Below are positions 16,599-33,663 of a stretch of 64,000 bases of DNA, piece by piece. The notes beneath the pieces were generated by a model that did not search any database, was not told the origin of the DNA, and saw only the letters and a program-made list of their open reading frames with translations. The stretch lies in contig CM039004.1 in NCBI GenBank assembly GCA_017499595.2, positions 1,922,001 through 1,986,000 of the forward strand, given 5' to 3'. The position numbers were made by a program, and so were the translations under genes. Origin of the DNA: Psilocybe cubensis (Eukaryota). Each line of letters begins with the position of its first letter. Position 1 is the first letter of the stretch.

Positions 16599-19500
16599 TC
16601 ACGAGCGCTGTCGAGTAGATGCTGAAGATGGATAGCCATTCATAGCAGGACTGTAGAGTTGAGTTTGCGACTGACTCTGGTCGGCGGGTGGTAATCTGGA
16701 CTGGGGAGCTACAACTGATGATGGCCTAGAGGGACTACTGGAAATGTTTGCACGGGAAACAGGTGGTGGTGGCCAGTCATCCATCTGCGGATTCCGAGGG
16801 ATATTTTGTACCATACCTTGATTTTGCACGCCCTGAGGGGTGGAGGGAGAAGTCGATGGCGGGCCATACTGTTCATTCCCTTGTTGTTGTTGCTGCTGTG
16901 CCCGCTGTACATTCCGTTCTGAATTCGACGGCGTTCCAAAAGTCATTCCCTGTGGCGGTCGCTCGGACACAGGTGAATTTATCGGGGGATATCGAGGTTG
17001 TGCACCATTAGGCTGATTCAAATAGGGTGTTCCAGGCATAGGCCGTCCATTGGAACCCTTCAACCGCATATACGTGTCTACCTTTTTCAGGAATTCCTTA
17101 CTGGGAAGGTCCAGCGAGTTGGCAAAGTATTCTTGGTCGTTGAGGATAGGTAAAAACTCCTCTGGCACCGTGAAGTATTCATCTTGGTGTTCCAGAAGCG
17201 AAGTGACAACACGTAGGCCACTGAATGTTTCATCTCGCAGTGCATCTCGGCCCCGGGCATAAAGGATGCTAGGGCAGATGACAGTCGCAAGATTCCCCAA
17301 GTCCATCTTGCTTCCAGTCTCTGCATCCATATGGGCAAATGATGCAACCCATTTCAAGAACACAAATAGGACCTCCATAGTATCTCGATGGCTCTTAGGC
17401 AAAAGTAGTGAGATCATGTGGAGATATCGATTCCTGTCCTCTTCCGATGGAAGAGCTGAGGTAACTCTGTCAATTGAACGGCAGAGTTGGGAAAATTAAA
17501 AAAGTAACGCACATTGTGATGATACGAATAGCCGGTGCAATTTGAAAGTCATCAGTGGATCAGGCAACTCTCTCAAAAACTTTTTAAGCAGTGCTGCGAC
17601 TTGTACTGGGTTATCTTGGGACAAGTCCACGGACGAAGGATCCCGGTCAATGGCGTCTGTCAGATCTCGTAATCTACGGATGTTTCCACTCTTGCGAAAG
17701 ATACCCTCCACAGACATATCTGTGTGCACAGAAAAGAATCAATGAAGTGACCCCAAAACGAAGATAACGTTTGACGCACCCATTTGTCGCATTGCCGAAA
17801 TGACATCGTCAATGAAACTTGGCACTCGTAATGTTGCCCGCGTTGCTCCCAGGAGAGAATCCGATCCTTCTCTTTCCACTAGAAGTTCGAGGGGAATGCC
17901 AAATACACCTTATAAGAAGAAGAACAGTTCAGCCTCGTTGCACACACACAAGGAAAGAAAGTGAAAGGATAAAAGACAGACCTTTCTTCTTAACGTTCTT
18001 CTTATCGCCCTTGAAGAGCTTGTTCCAGAACCCGCTCTTCTTGGTTTCCACCATTTCCAATATCTCGTCCAAGTCAAACTGATCTTTAAGCGGCGATCGC
18101 GTCAAGGCGAGAACGGCACAGTGTTTGACAATAGCCAATTCCAAAGCACTCAGCTCGGCAATATATGGCGTGGAGCTTTCCCGGGGAAGCGATCGTTGTT
18201 GTTCTCGAGCCTGGGCAACCTCCATGAGCTGAGGGATATCAGCAAGTGTGAGTCCCTCATCGCGCTTTGGTATCGTCGACTCTTCGCCTCCAGCAGGCGA
18301 ATTCGGTGCGCTTTCATCGACGATCATGACCTCTGTGTTGTTTCGCGTCAGCGAAGGCCGTAGGCCTTGCCCCTGAGGTTCGACGGGCAGCTTGCCCATA
18401 TTGGCACGAGGCGTGTTGTGCTGACTGGGAGGAGAATACTGATGGTGAGGATGCTGGTGGCCTTGAAATTGCCCCTGTTGGCCCTGCTGACTTTGATGCA
18501 CATTGACGTTGTTTTGATGCAATGTACCTTGAGCTCCAGGCTCGTGCTGCCGCTGTGGCAGATCATACGGGTGCACGGTTCGTCCCGCAGGGCTTTCCAC
18601 AATCGTAGAGCGTTTTGGCAGACGAGCGGTGGCGGACAATTTGCGATCCAAATGCACTGATTTCATGCGCATTATATCTCCTGAGTTCCGATACAGCTCG
18701 GAACCCGGATCGCCCGAGGAGGAAACTATGCAGGCAATAGGTTAGAACAATACTAGAGCCCAAAATTGGAATAATCATACTCGGTGACATAGGAACAACC
18801 CCTTGTTTCTTGAGGAGGAGATACAACCGCCGTAGGGCTACGTTGAGCAGGAACGCGTATTGTTCCAGACGCTGTACAGCTTGGAAGCCTCCCCTGCAAC
18901 CTGGATGGGCATGTTCGGTGCAAAGGATAAGGGTTGGAACTTCGCCAAAGGATGACGTATCCTTCCTCGATTCCGGATCATACACAAACGCACCCACATT
19001 AGCTGGTGGTCGTCGAGCAGTTGAAAGTTTTGGGGGTTGGTCACGACTTGAGCCATCTTTGCTAACATCCTTCTCATCCCCACTCTTGGACGGTTGCTCC
19101 TTTGATACTGGCACGGCTGCGACCTTGCCGCATTGGGCACACTGTAAACAATGCGAATGCCACCGCTGGTATGTGCCTAGCCGCACGCAATCCTCTTCAA
19201 CAGTCAAGTTGCATCGAACGCACAGATCCGAGGGAGGATTTGAAGACGATTTCGAGCCTCCTTCTCGCTGTGAAAAGGGCGATTCACCCGCGTTCTCTGG
19301 AGCGAGACTGCGAAATCCATATGTGACGCCTTGGGTGCCAAAGTTGGCATTCGGATTGCTTGCGATCATTTCTCCGTTTTGACCCTTGATCATTCGCTTT
19401 GCAGCTGGATTGCCACCCTGGACGGCCAACAGATGGAGTTTATCGAGGAAAGAGCCCATGGCCTCCCTTACGCTTTGTTCGCGCTCGAGCTTTAGGGCCC

Positions 19501-21304
19501 CTGTCAGAGCAATCCGGATGAGGATTTTCAGATAATGTGCCAAGCCAGTCACGAGAGCGAGCAGTTCCTGTGTCATGCCCATTCTACGAGCACCGGTTTC
19601 CTGAGTGTGAGATAGTAACGTAAATAGTTCGACGGTCTTCCGACATAGCATACGAGCTTCCCTAACGTGTGACATGCCTGACAGAAAAAAAAGGGTTTAA
19701 CGGAACCAAAAAGAGAAGGTAAAAGGAAAATAACAAACCTTTCACGTTTAGAGAGGCAAAGTGGAACTCGAGATCGTCAATTGTGCCAAATAGAACTTCT
19801 ACATGAAGGATGAACTTTTCTGCCATTCGGATGGCGTCGAGGTATGCGCCGTTGCTGACTTGTCTGAGCATGTCAGAGATACAGGCAGCACTAGACTCTT
19901 CAAAAGCGGATAGAACACTTGAATGGGAGACTGTCAAGTCAGTTGACCGATAATTAAAAGAAAGAAGACAAGACATACGTCCAAATACGATAGACCTGTT
20001 GTTCCATGCGAACTTGCTTGTCTTTTAAGCTAGAGGGTGTTTCTCGCTGTTCTTCCTCGACATAGGCAGGTTCATTGTGATCACCATCGACAGATATGGA
20101 ACTTGTCGGACGGCGTGTTGATACTTTAACATTCCAGAACTAGACAAGGGGTTTATATCAAATAGATGATGTATTCATAAGACTGACCTTGTTGATCATG
20201 TAACACTCTGGATGCCAACACTCGTCCCTCATATTCCTGTTGATCTCGACGAACTGCTTTAGGATGGCGCTGTTGCAGCCTGCACACTTTGTGGCAAAAC
20301 GAGTAGAGTAGTGGAAATGACAATAAACGTCTCCATCGTGCTCGTAATATGAATCCTGGGGGCCAAATAGAGTGGAGCAGAGTGAACATGTAAAATGTTC
20401 GACATGGTACTTTTTGTCTGAACAAGAAAAAGAGTTGGAATTGGATTAGAGGGGGAGAAAGAGATGATACGCACTACATGCCGTGATATAACTCCCTCTC
20501 AATGCCATACCACACTTTGCACAGATCAAATTAAGCCGTCGAAAGTAATCGCGTTCGCAAAGCGGACTTTGCCTGCCCCCCTGGCCCTCGATGGGAAAGA
20601 ACTTTGAAGCGACGACTTCACCACAGTCCTTAATAGAGATAACAATGAGAGAGAGGAAAGAATGGTGGATGAAGGATAGATACCATGCATCTGAAACAAT
20701 TCAAGTGGAAGACGGCGCCCAATGCGCGGACAAACGGACCCTGGATTGGCTTTGCACAGGCGGAACATGTGCTGGGAGGAATTGAGAAGGAAGAAGAGAT
20801 GGAAAAGAGAGATACTTACGTGGAGGATAGACTTGTGGAAGTGGAAGTGGTGCTGGGTGGGGGCCTTGAGGGATTTGAATTGGAGGTAGAGGCCTCTGAG
20901 TGAGATTCTGAGTGGGTGGGTGGATTGTAAGAGTTGTCTGAATGGCCTGAAGAGGACGGTGGCTTTGAGGGAGTGCCTGGACGACTTGTAGCTGATGGGG
21001 AGGTGAGGAAGGGTGGAGACGGCCTCGGGGAAGATGGAGACGGTGAGGACGACAAATGGTTGTGATTGAGGTCTTCGCTGCGGGGCTTTGGGAGAGAATT
21101 CGGGTTTGTTTTGAGATCTGGAGGCCCTAGGGTGGAAGAACGAGTAGGAAGAGCCGGACGGTCAGGAATGGAGGGGGAGGCGGTGGGGGGCGCGGAGAGG
21201 GGAAAGCTGGGAGAAGAAGGGATGTCGATGTGAGTGTTGAGTTGAGAGTTGTGGTAGGGGGACCACTGAGAGTTGGCTCGGCCCTGTTCCCTGTCTTTGC
21301 TCAT
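16599..21304 (-). CDS. LIM-domain Rho GTPase-activating protein (Lrg1/Rga1-like), multi-exon
   Basis: Ser/Pro-rich N-terminus and LIM zinc fingers (CAKPIQGPFVRALGAVFHLNCFRC; CVRC...WHSHCLQCAQC). RhoGAP domain: VEGIFRKSGNIRRL, LKKFLRELPDPL, KMDLGNLATVICPSIL. Confidence 0.9.
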
Positions 21305-21491
21305 CGGTCCACGCAGGCGGCAAGCTCAACTCGTCCTCTGCCATTTCCTCCCCCTCATTTGTCACCGTCACATGTCTTGTCACAGTTGATTAATAAGCTG
21401 CCTTCGCGTTCAGGCGGCACTCATCCCATCGCCGAACACACACGCAAGCTTGCTCTGTCTATATAACCCCCATGGCGCAGCGCGGCTCTCT

Positions 21492-22127
21492 ATGTATCCA
21501 GGATATTTCCACCACAGATATTTAATGGGCTATTGGGGTCGCGGGCCAAGTCGCCTCCTCTGGTTCGCCATTGGCGCAGCTTCTGCTACCTGGTGGGTCA
21601 GGCGCAGGGAGTGCAGTAACCGCTCCTTTGGCCCCTGCATCCGCCAGCCCATCCAGTCCCCCATCGGAAACACCGACACAACCCAGCCTTCCTGGCCCCA
21701 GAGCGTCACAGATATACCCCGCGCAATCAACAACATCCCCCAACCTGCACCCGTCCAGCACACCACATACAGCCCTTCCACCATCGGCGAGTGGGAGAAG
21801 AGACAGGATGCCCAGTGGGAACTCGAGAAGGAGCATCTCGCAAAGATTTCCCGACAAGCAACAGATGCCGTGCGTCTACCCACCTCTCTCTGTACACAAC
21901 CTTATTCACATGATCTCTAGATGGCAGAGCTCACCGAGGCTACCCTCGAGTCTGTCCTGGCTACCGCTGAATCCCTGAAAGCCGTACGTCTCCATCTTTC
22001 TCTCCATCAACAACTCCCAACACTCTCTTAGAAACTGGCCGAACACCGTGCCCAGAGAGAGAAACAACAGAAGCAGATCGAAGAAGAAATGGAACGACAG
22101 CGCCGTGATCCACCCCGTCTAGTTTAA
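21492..22127 (+). CDS. Small hypothetical protein with one hydrophobic segment and a C-terminal coiled coil, 3 exons
   Basis: MYPGYF..RGPSRLLWFAIGAASATWW.. Clean GT-AG introns at about 21870-21920 and 21984-22031 continue into MAELTEATLESVLATAESLKA/KLAEHRAQREKQQKQIEEEMERQRRDPPRLV*. Confidence 0.7.
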
Positions 22128-22204
22128 CAGTTATCTTTATTTATCCCTCGTTACATTCACACTCGTAAAGGTCATAATCTCATACCCAATCCCCGACTTT
22201 CTTT

Positions 22205-23999
22205 TTAATTCTCCCTAATGCCTTGTTCTGCGTCGACGTTTGAGAATCCCATCCTCTTTCTGTCAATATACGAAGGTGCTTTCGGGTCCAGTATTCCTTG
22301 TTCCTCGGCTACACCGAGATCAGCCGATGCACAAGTCAATCAATGGGAACATCACTCACGAGTAGAGTGCCAAAAGTATGTTATCAGCCCACAGATGATG
22401 ATTGCAAACGAAATAAAGTATAGCCAGTATGGCCGGTAGTGCTGTAAACGTCTTTAAATATCAAGTTTGGTCCAGACCTCATAGCACTCACGTATAGGAA
22501 GAGACCTTGCATTTCAATGGTTATTAACAAGCAATCAAGCAAAAGCGACAAGTTGCTCACCAAACAGCAAACCATAAAAGTCACTCGACAACAAACTCAG
22601 ATTGAAATACGCAGACGACGCCATGCGGTAAAGCATAGGCGCAACGGTATAAAGAATCAGCATCGCTATTCAATCCATCAGCCAAATTCCAGTCTGAAGG
22701 AGAAATACAAATATTCACCAGCAGTGAACGCCATCAACAGTCCAACTGGGAAAAATTAGCGTCAAAAGTCCGGCCATTGAAACAAGTGAGCTCACTGATA
22801 TCTCCAGTCCAAGGCACTTCCTTCATCCCCCTCCATTCAAGTGCTGATGATTGGATGCCATTTATAACAAAGCCCCACATACCCAACTGCCCAACGACCT
22901 CGAACAAAGGTCGCTTGCGCACCAAAAACTCTTCCGACGCATTGGCTGTACACTGCTCAGCGACTCCAAAAAACAAAGCTCACACAACGGTTATTGCTTA
23001 CTGATGCCGTAGAGCGTCGCACCCGCAATCATAAATCCGTCTCCTTTCGCCCTGCTAACGGCCTCCCAGCCCTTTTGCGTTATCTCATCAGACGCTACGA
23101 GCAATCCGAGTCCGCCGATGCAGATAAAAACACCCTGCGAAAAGTAAAATAAGCAGTGTATCATCACATCATATGCATAGTTTCCTCACCAAAAGTTGTG
23201 TCCAGTGGTATTTAGTCCGCATGTACACCCACGAGACGAAAAGGCAAACAGGGATGGCCCAGCTGTAATATAATATAACAGAGTTAAAGATAGCACAGCT
23301 TCGATCAGTCGGACAATTTCAACTAACGCATCGAGGAGCATGCAAGAGAGCAGATCGGTGTATTGGTATGCCTTGACTACCAAAAAGTTTCCTTCTACAT
23401 CGCATGCTGCTAGAAGGAAGTCTACGTGGGAGATAAGATAATCGGGCTGTGGGTGGGTGGGCTGATTAGACGCTCACATTTCCATCCATCGCGAAGGACG
23501 ACTTTTGCCCAGCCCATGAATCCATCTGTATGGTACAACCGTCAGCTCGTGTAAAGCGTCCAAAAAAGCGTCGTACATTGGTATATTGTGTATGGAGTAT
23601 ACACACAAAACAAAGAAAAATACCTAACCCCAAATGCATCAAAAAAACAATCCCCGTATCCCGTAAAATGAAAAGCAAAAAAAAAACTCACAAGAAAATC
23701 CCCTGCGTCGTCGAGAGCGTCCATCCGCGCGAGACAAGCTCCGTCGTCGTCACATTCGTGCAGGTGATACAGAGCGACACCAGCTGGCCAGCCAAGAGCG
23801 ACAGCACGAACGGCCGCGTCCACACGCTCCGCCAGCGCGCCGCGAAGCTGCGCGCGAACGCTTTCGGCGACGTGTACACCAGCTCAGGGCGAACTGTGGC
23901 TGCCCGCGGTGTGTCCCTCGTCGGCTCTACGCTGTCCTGGTCGCCCTCTGCGCCTAGCTTGTTGTCTTGCTCGTAGTCGTCTTTGGCAATGCTCGACAT
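22205..23999 (-). CDS. SLC35F/DUF914 family solute carrier (DMT superfamily), multi-exon
   Basis: LSLLAGQLVSLCITCTNVTTTELV, DVEGNFLVVKAYQYTDLLSCMLLD, NASEEFLVRKRPLFEVVGQLGMWG, plus multiple transmembrane segments. Confidence 0.85.
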
Positions 24000-24793
24000 G
24001 ATCTATGTAGCCCCCTTCATGGGATATCAGTACTCCGCCTCGCTGAGCACACTTGCAAAAGACAACATACCTGTAACCTAGTAGCTAAAGAAGTGAGAAG
24101 AGACAAGGTGAGAAGCGGGAAAACGGGGCTGATATATTATATTCATAGGGCCTCAGGAAGCCCATAGGGAGTTACATAAGAATCCAAGGGCTTGACCATG
24201 AGCAAAGTCCTATAAATTTTCGGTTAGCCGTTTCGGCCAGATATCAGATCAGGGCGCAAAAATGATCGGCTGGACATCGTATTGGCTGCTATTAGGTCCC
24301 CAGCGGAACAACTCAACACACTACACACTTACGGAAATTCGTCTTCTTATCTCTCAGCCTTTGGCAGTTTCACCACCAGCGCTTTGACATCGGCAGTCGT
24401 CTGAGGCACCAAAACTTACGACAATCTCAATTACTTTAGAGCTTAATCATCCGCCCACACCTGTCAACACCCTACCTCGCCACAGGTCGAAAAAAGTCAG
24501 AAAAGCTCATCTGAATGTTTCCAGCAGTGGTCCAACAGGGTATTATATTGTACTACATTTAAATTTATCATAAGATATGAATACATCTGTGACGCATGGT
24601 GCTAGGAGAATTTACGACAGCGAACCCACAGAATGCAGTTCTAAAAACAACATCGGAGCTGAGTGAATGTAATCGGTTCTGTATGTAATGTATCTTGTGA
24701 TTCCATCCCATATATTCAGCATTCAGGAAAGCCCACATCCCGAACTTGGTCAAAGGTTTCAGGTCTCTAAGAACGGGCCCCGGGTGTCAAGCA

Positions 24794-28134
<3,341 letters not shown>

Positions 28135-29088
28135 TTTTCAAGTCAATAAGACCCTCCCATGCAGCAGAGTACAATCCAAAGTAAGATTGTCGTCAGTGTA
28201 ATAAGAAAGATGCAAGCGGAGTCAGGCCATCACCGTCCGGGCTTTGTCGTAATGACAAATCAATTCTGCGATTCAAACTCCGAAAATTGCCTTGTGGTGT
28301 GCCATACACGTTCTTTCTATTCGTCCACCGATGTCTGTTCATTTCTGCTCCCTCTTATCATACCCTTGACCCTGTTTCCCCAATTATACTCACAAAAATG
28401 TCAATGTTCTCTCTCTGGCTCGTTTATTCCATATCTAAATGACAGCGGCAGTGACACAGGGCATCTCCAAAATTGGTTCAAATCCCCAAAGCTTGCCATT
28501 CGCTGGCTGATCTTGCTGAGCGCTTAGTTCTCCAAACTTAACCCTGGCAACTGACAAATCACCTCGCTTCAACCACACGTCTCCAACGAGGTTTCCTTCC
28601 TTCTCTTGACACCCCTGATTTGCATCTCCGATCACCTTTCCGTTCCGAGGAGAGATTAACCATCGATGATATCTGTTAGCCTTGCTTGAACCTCATGATT
28701 TCGACATATGTCCCTTTTTCGATCATACTGCGGTGGCCATCTTCGCTTCCCCCCTTTTCAATGCACTTGAATGCTACAATCGATTCCTATCTATGATCAC
28801 AATTGAATGTTTTAGCATCCGTGCTGCCAATTCTGTGAAGATACCTTTATCCAGCCTTGTTTTCTGGGCGCTTCGCATCAATTTAATTAACGGTCACGAC
28901 CCTTTGGTCTTCTTTTCGGTACACGGATTTGACCTGCTGACCTCTGTCTGTTGGTTCTCCTTCAAAATTCTAAGCGCTCGTCTTTTTTAATTCCGAATTT
29001 TTGTCATTTTTTCAAGCGCCGTTGGCCTATATAAGGTTCCTAGTTGTCCTTGCAATGAATCAACAATCAGTCTCAGCTTTAGTCTACT

Positions 29089-30849
29089 ATGCCGCCCAAA
29101 GAAACACCCCCCACAATCGGGACCCCTGTTCCCACCGATTTGACCATTTCTGCGCAACTGGCAAAAATCGGCGAAGGGGCGCCAGCCACCCAATTGATAA
29201 GGGTCCTCTTACAGCAAATCGCCGCCGACGTCAGCACTTTTGTCCGAGATGTCCATTCGTCTAGTCAAGTTTACCTACGTGCCCGCGTTGTCTACGATTA
29301 CATCCAAGGTCTTATCAAAAAAGTTGATTCCTCTGCGGACATCGAATGGGACGCCTTCGACATATACACCGCTGCCATCCCTATACTGGAAAGGTAGGTT
29401 TATGGCTCATGCTTTATACACCTTGGTTATTAATGGTCGCTATCCCTTTCAAAGAATTTTATTCGACTTCTATTCTCAACACCAGAAAGCAAGTCGCGAC
29501 CACTTACCCCCTACTTCGGGTGTCGAGACTGCTTTCATCTTTATCGAAGCATGGGATTACGATAGGAAGATGCTCGAGAAAGCATTTAATGACCTCGCCA
29601 ACGATCACTTCCTGGTATGTAATTTTTCAATATAATGTTTCTATCATACCAAATCGCATTTTATGTAGCAAATGTCCGCAGAAGTGAAGACTCATCTTGA
29701 AGCTAGCCGTGTTGTACCCCGTAATACAGATGATATCAACGCACTTCGAGCATTGAACATATTTTTCCAAAACAACGCTAAAGTTCTTCAAGAACGCGAC
29801 ATCGTACAGGAGTAAGCAAACAAATTGAATCTTAACATTTCACATCTTAACTACTTACGAAGGCGTGGCGGTCGACTTTTGCAAGAAACCCGCAAAGTGA
29901 TCACCCAGATCATTTTGAAAGTGTCTAAAAGTCCTCCTGCACCGGTTGGTATCGCATTTAACCATTTTAGTCATTTAGTCTTTTATTAACACCGACCTTC
30001 ATAGGAAACCAGTAGGATATCTATTATGACTTTGATGATTGCCTACATTCCATTTGCTTTACTTGTCGACGATGCGGTCGAAGCGGAGTGGAAGGACTAC
30101 CTTCGAAGTGCAGTCGTATGGGATGCCGTACAAAAGTATGATACCTTCCTGATGAATAACTTTACACTGGCTTACTTTATTCTTAAGATTGTTGGTTAAC
30201 GTTTCCAAACATTTGGATGGCATCCCTCAGGCGCCAACTTTGAACGATTTGGAGAAAGAATGGGAAACTTTCAAAGATATCCTCTTGAGGCTATCCACTA
30301 CTGCTATCGACACCAAGGTTGAAATCTTAGATCTCCTGAGACTTGCCGCCAGGATTCGCCGACCACTTCATGGACGTTCTGTTGAGCTCATTCGAATGCT
30401 GTACTACCTCGATGGATACTCGCAGAAGGATCAAAAGGCTGGTCGTCACCGCAGGAACTTCAAGCTGTAAGGCGATGGCTTTTATATGCATAGATGACAA
30501 AAATAACTTGAACTTTCTTTCTTAGGGTATTGGGAGACACGATCTCCTCTCTTGAGGCTGCCGAGAAGGCTGTTAGCGATGTTAGACAGATTGCTATTGG
30601 TGATGATGTGTACAAGAACCAACATCAAGAACTTCAAAACGTTTTGAAGAAGGTCGAAGAAACCTTTTCCACGTTTGGGGTAAGTTTCTGGCCCATCGCA
30701 ATTTACACAAATGTTCTGACAGAAGATGCTCGTAGATTGCGGACCAATGGTCGACAAAAGAAACTGCCTACAACAATGCTGTTAATGTCGACGAGTCTCA
30801 TCTCAACCTATTGAAGAAGAGGATCGCTGTGGTGTCAGCTTCTGCTTGA
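29089..30849 (+). CDS. Hypothetical all-alpha-helical protein (~450 aa), multi-exon
   Basis: ORF pieces 29089-29397, 29240-29635, 30189-30470 and 30530-30814 are joined by canonical ~55 nt introns into one frame ending RIAVVSASA*. No family recognised with confidence. Confidence 0.7.
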
Positions 30850-31441
30850 GCAAGTTTGGACTAGGCCTTTATCAACCGGTTGATCGCACTTCTTGGGGCT
30901 CTGGATAGCCTTGCTCGATGTTTTCATGGTTGGATTTCATGTATCCCGCTAGCTAGCTTCCAATGTTATGACTACTTTCTAAATGGGTCTTTTGACCTTT
31001 TTTTGCTATCTGTAGAAGTGGGTTTCTCATCAAACCATTGCTTTCTCGGTCAAATTGAGGGTAAAGCGGCGACTTCGGAAACCGTGGGCCGTGTGTGTAT
31101 TATGATCTATAGTACACATGTATACCTGCTTCACCTATACTCGGCCTCCTGTCGTGGCCCCTTGCGACTTTGATGTCTGCAGGCTTTCGGGAGTTCATAT
31201 GTGCGTCGAGCATTGCCTCGTAGATCAAATTTTCATTACCGTCACAGACGTCACCCGAAGACGCATGAATACATGGTGTTTTCTTCGGCTCCAAGGCGCT
31301 ATCCACCAGCACATGTATTAATGCACATCAGTTCTAACGTTTAAAAGCAGAGCACCGTTCACGTTAAATCCACAACACCATTCTTCTTCTTTTTATCGAA
31401 TTCTGTAATCTATTTTTTATCACGACTTTTACGACTAGAAC

Positions 31442-32342
31442 ATGATGTCTAGATCCATCCCTCTAGAATGTATGTCCGGAGTCAAAAGTTGAATAATTGT
31501 TATCTGACCCAAATTTTACAGACAACCTGCCCTCTAATATCGAATCCATTCAACAGGGCTGGACCCGAACGTGTCAGGCTAGCATGATGATTGTGTGTTA
31601 CCCTGGCCAGTCTTATAAGAGATAATTATATCTAACCAGTATTCACATCACAGTCTTGCTCTCTGGCTATACTTGCACCCATCTTCTTGATATTCTTTAA
31701 GGATAGTCAAGGCGGAGCTCTTGCCCTTGAAGTTTTCGGCTACTCCGCCTTCTTTCTGAATGTCAGCGCTTGTATGAGTAGCTTCATTATGATCGACCGT
31801 CTGGGAGATATGCCTTGGCACGCTTGTCAGAAACCGGACACAGAATCCATAGGCAAGATAGTTGCCACTCAGCAACAAACCCTTCGGAGGTTCGGGGTTG
31901 GGGCATTGTGGCCTTGGGTAGCAGGTCACTGTGAGTAACATTGGCTACCAATGGGAAGAACAAAATTTAACATATTCAAGAAGGGCTGCTATGCTTTGCC
32001 CTAGGATATCTTGCAATAATCGCAGAGATTCTGACATACGTGTGGATGAACAAGTCAACGGAAGTGAAGGTCGCGAGCGTCATGTTTGCTATATTCGGAT
32101 TACTTCCATTCTTCGCGTTTGCAATGGCGCCGATTGTGAATGGCCTCATTGAGATAATTTTTCCATCGGATAACGCAAACTCAATCACGACCAGAAGCTC
32201 GACTCCCTTTGTGGTGGAAATCCCTCAGTCACCTGTAGATCGCCAACGTAGGACAACAGGTCAATCCTCCCACACACCAACCACTCCGTATCGTCCCAAC
32301 ACTGCCAAGTTCCCGGTCTTATCTGAGAAATCCAATGTGTGA
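31442..32342 (+). CDS. Hypothetical multi-pass membrane protein, 4 exons
   Basis: Inferred splicing gives MMSRSIPLE/YNLPSNIESIQQGWTRTCQASMMI/SCSLAILAPIFLIFF..FGYSAFFLNVSACMSSFIMIDRLGDMPW..WVAGH/..ILTYVWMNKSTEVKVASVMFAIFGLLPFF, with several hydrophobic segments. Confidence 0.6.
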
Positions 32343-33108
32343 TATTCAAAAAAAGCTCGATACCCATCATTGCTGTTTGTATTAAAGTCTTTTGTATTTC
32401 AGGAAACTACTGACTTGCTGCTTTTCAGGGACATTGATAATATGACTGATACCAGTGTTTAATATTTACAGAGGGGTGTTACTGCCGGACAATATAGGTA
32501 GATAGACATATATCATAACTTATAGTATACATTTGGAGTTTTTTTAGAGAACTTATCTGCGTAATTACACTGTTATACATTCTTTTCAGCACAACCCCCA
32601 TGCACCTCTCGTGAGCTAAAAATAGACAACTCATCCCACAGTGCTTTGACGCCCATCAAGTTACCAAAAATGGAGAAACGAAACTTCAGATTGGTACTCG
32701 AGCGGGCTTTCTTTGCGAAGAGAGCATCCAGTAAGCTTTCAATACACGATATATATTTTGTAGTTATCCACATTCCAGTCATGTTTACCAGTGCTCTAAT
32801 AAACCTAAGGGTCCCTTGTCCATCTTTTCCTCAATAAGAGATCAATGTCTGGTGATAGGTTCAATTAAATGTAAAAAAATAGTGTTATCATAATTGCTAT
32901 TGATTAAGAGCCAGTCCCGTCCCGTCTATTCGCAATGAATACAACGGCAGTTAAACGCCCCTCGCGCCCTCATGTCGTGTCCGGGACGGCACGCCGGCGT
33001 TATCCGAGGTCGCGGCAGCGGCAGACGGGAATTTCTCACAACCCTCCACTTTCCCTTCGATCACAAGGGCTGTCACTTAAACCCCTTCCCTGCTCCCTAT
33101 TCTTCACT

Positions 33109-33551
33109 ATGTCCCAGCAAAGCTCGACAAAAATACCAAACCCCGAGGATAACATTAAACCTCTGGATTACAGAGAGCAATTTTCCGTACGTATTCACCA
33201 AAGACGATTGTCCTAAGTGACCTCGACGCATTCACTTGCTTTTATTGTCAGGGTCGTCATGTTAGCTCCAAATTCATTGAGCAAGTTTCTTTCTGGCATA
33301 TATCCATTCCGCTCTAAATTCTAGATCCCCCAAAGTCCTTGTGCAGCGGCATCTAAGGCGTCTTTGGACTGTATGACCCGAAATGACTACGATCGCGACG
33401 CTTGCCTCGATTACTTCAGAGCTTATAGGGAGTGCAAAAGCACATGGGTAATCAATGTCCAATCTACTCTTGTATAGTTACTTACTCTCACTCATACCAA
33501 CAGTTGAAGCAAAGGAAAGAGGACAGGAGAGCAGGGATGCCAGAGGTTTGA
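33109..33551 (+). CDS. COX23: Cytochrome c oxidase assembly factor Cox23 (twin CX9C)
   Basis: SKFIDPCAAASKASLDCMTRNDYDRDACLDYFRAYRECKSTW contains the twin CX9C motif. The frame requires a GC-AG intron at 33281-33335. Confidence 0.85.
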
Positions 33552-33663
33552 GGACTTAGTATGTATTCCTAATCTCAATCCTAAGTGAACTTGTTGTTGG
33601 GCATATTATTGACACGGACTCGGGCGTACGACAGTACAGTGAAGCAAGACTATAAATTACCAA

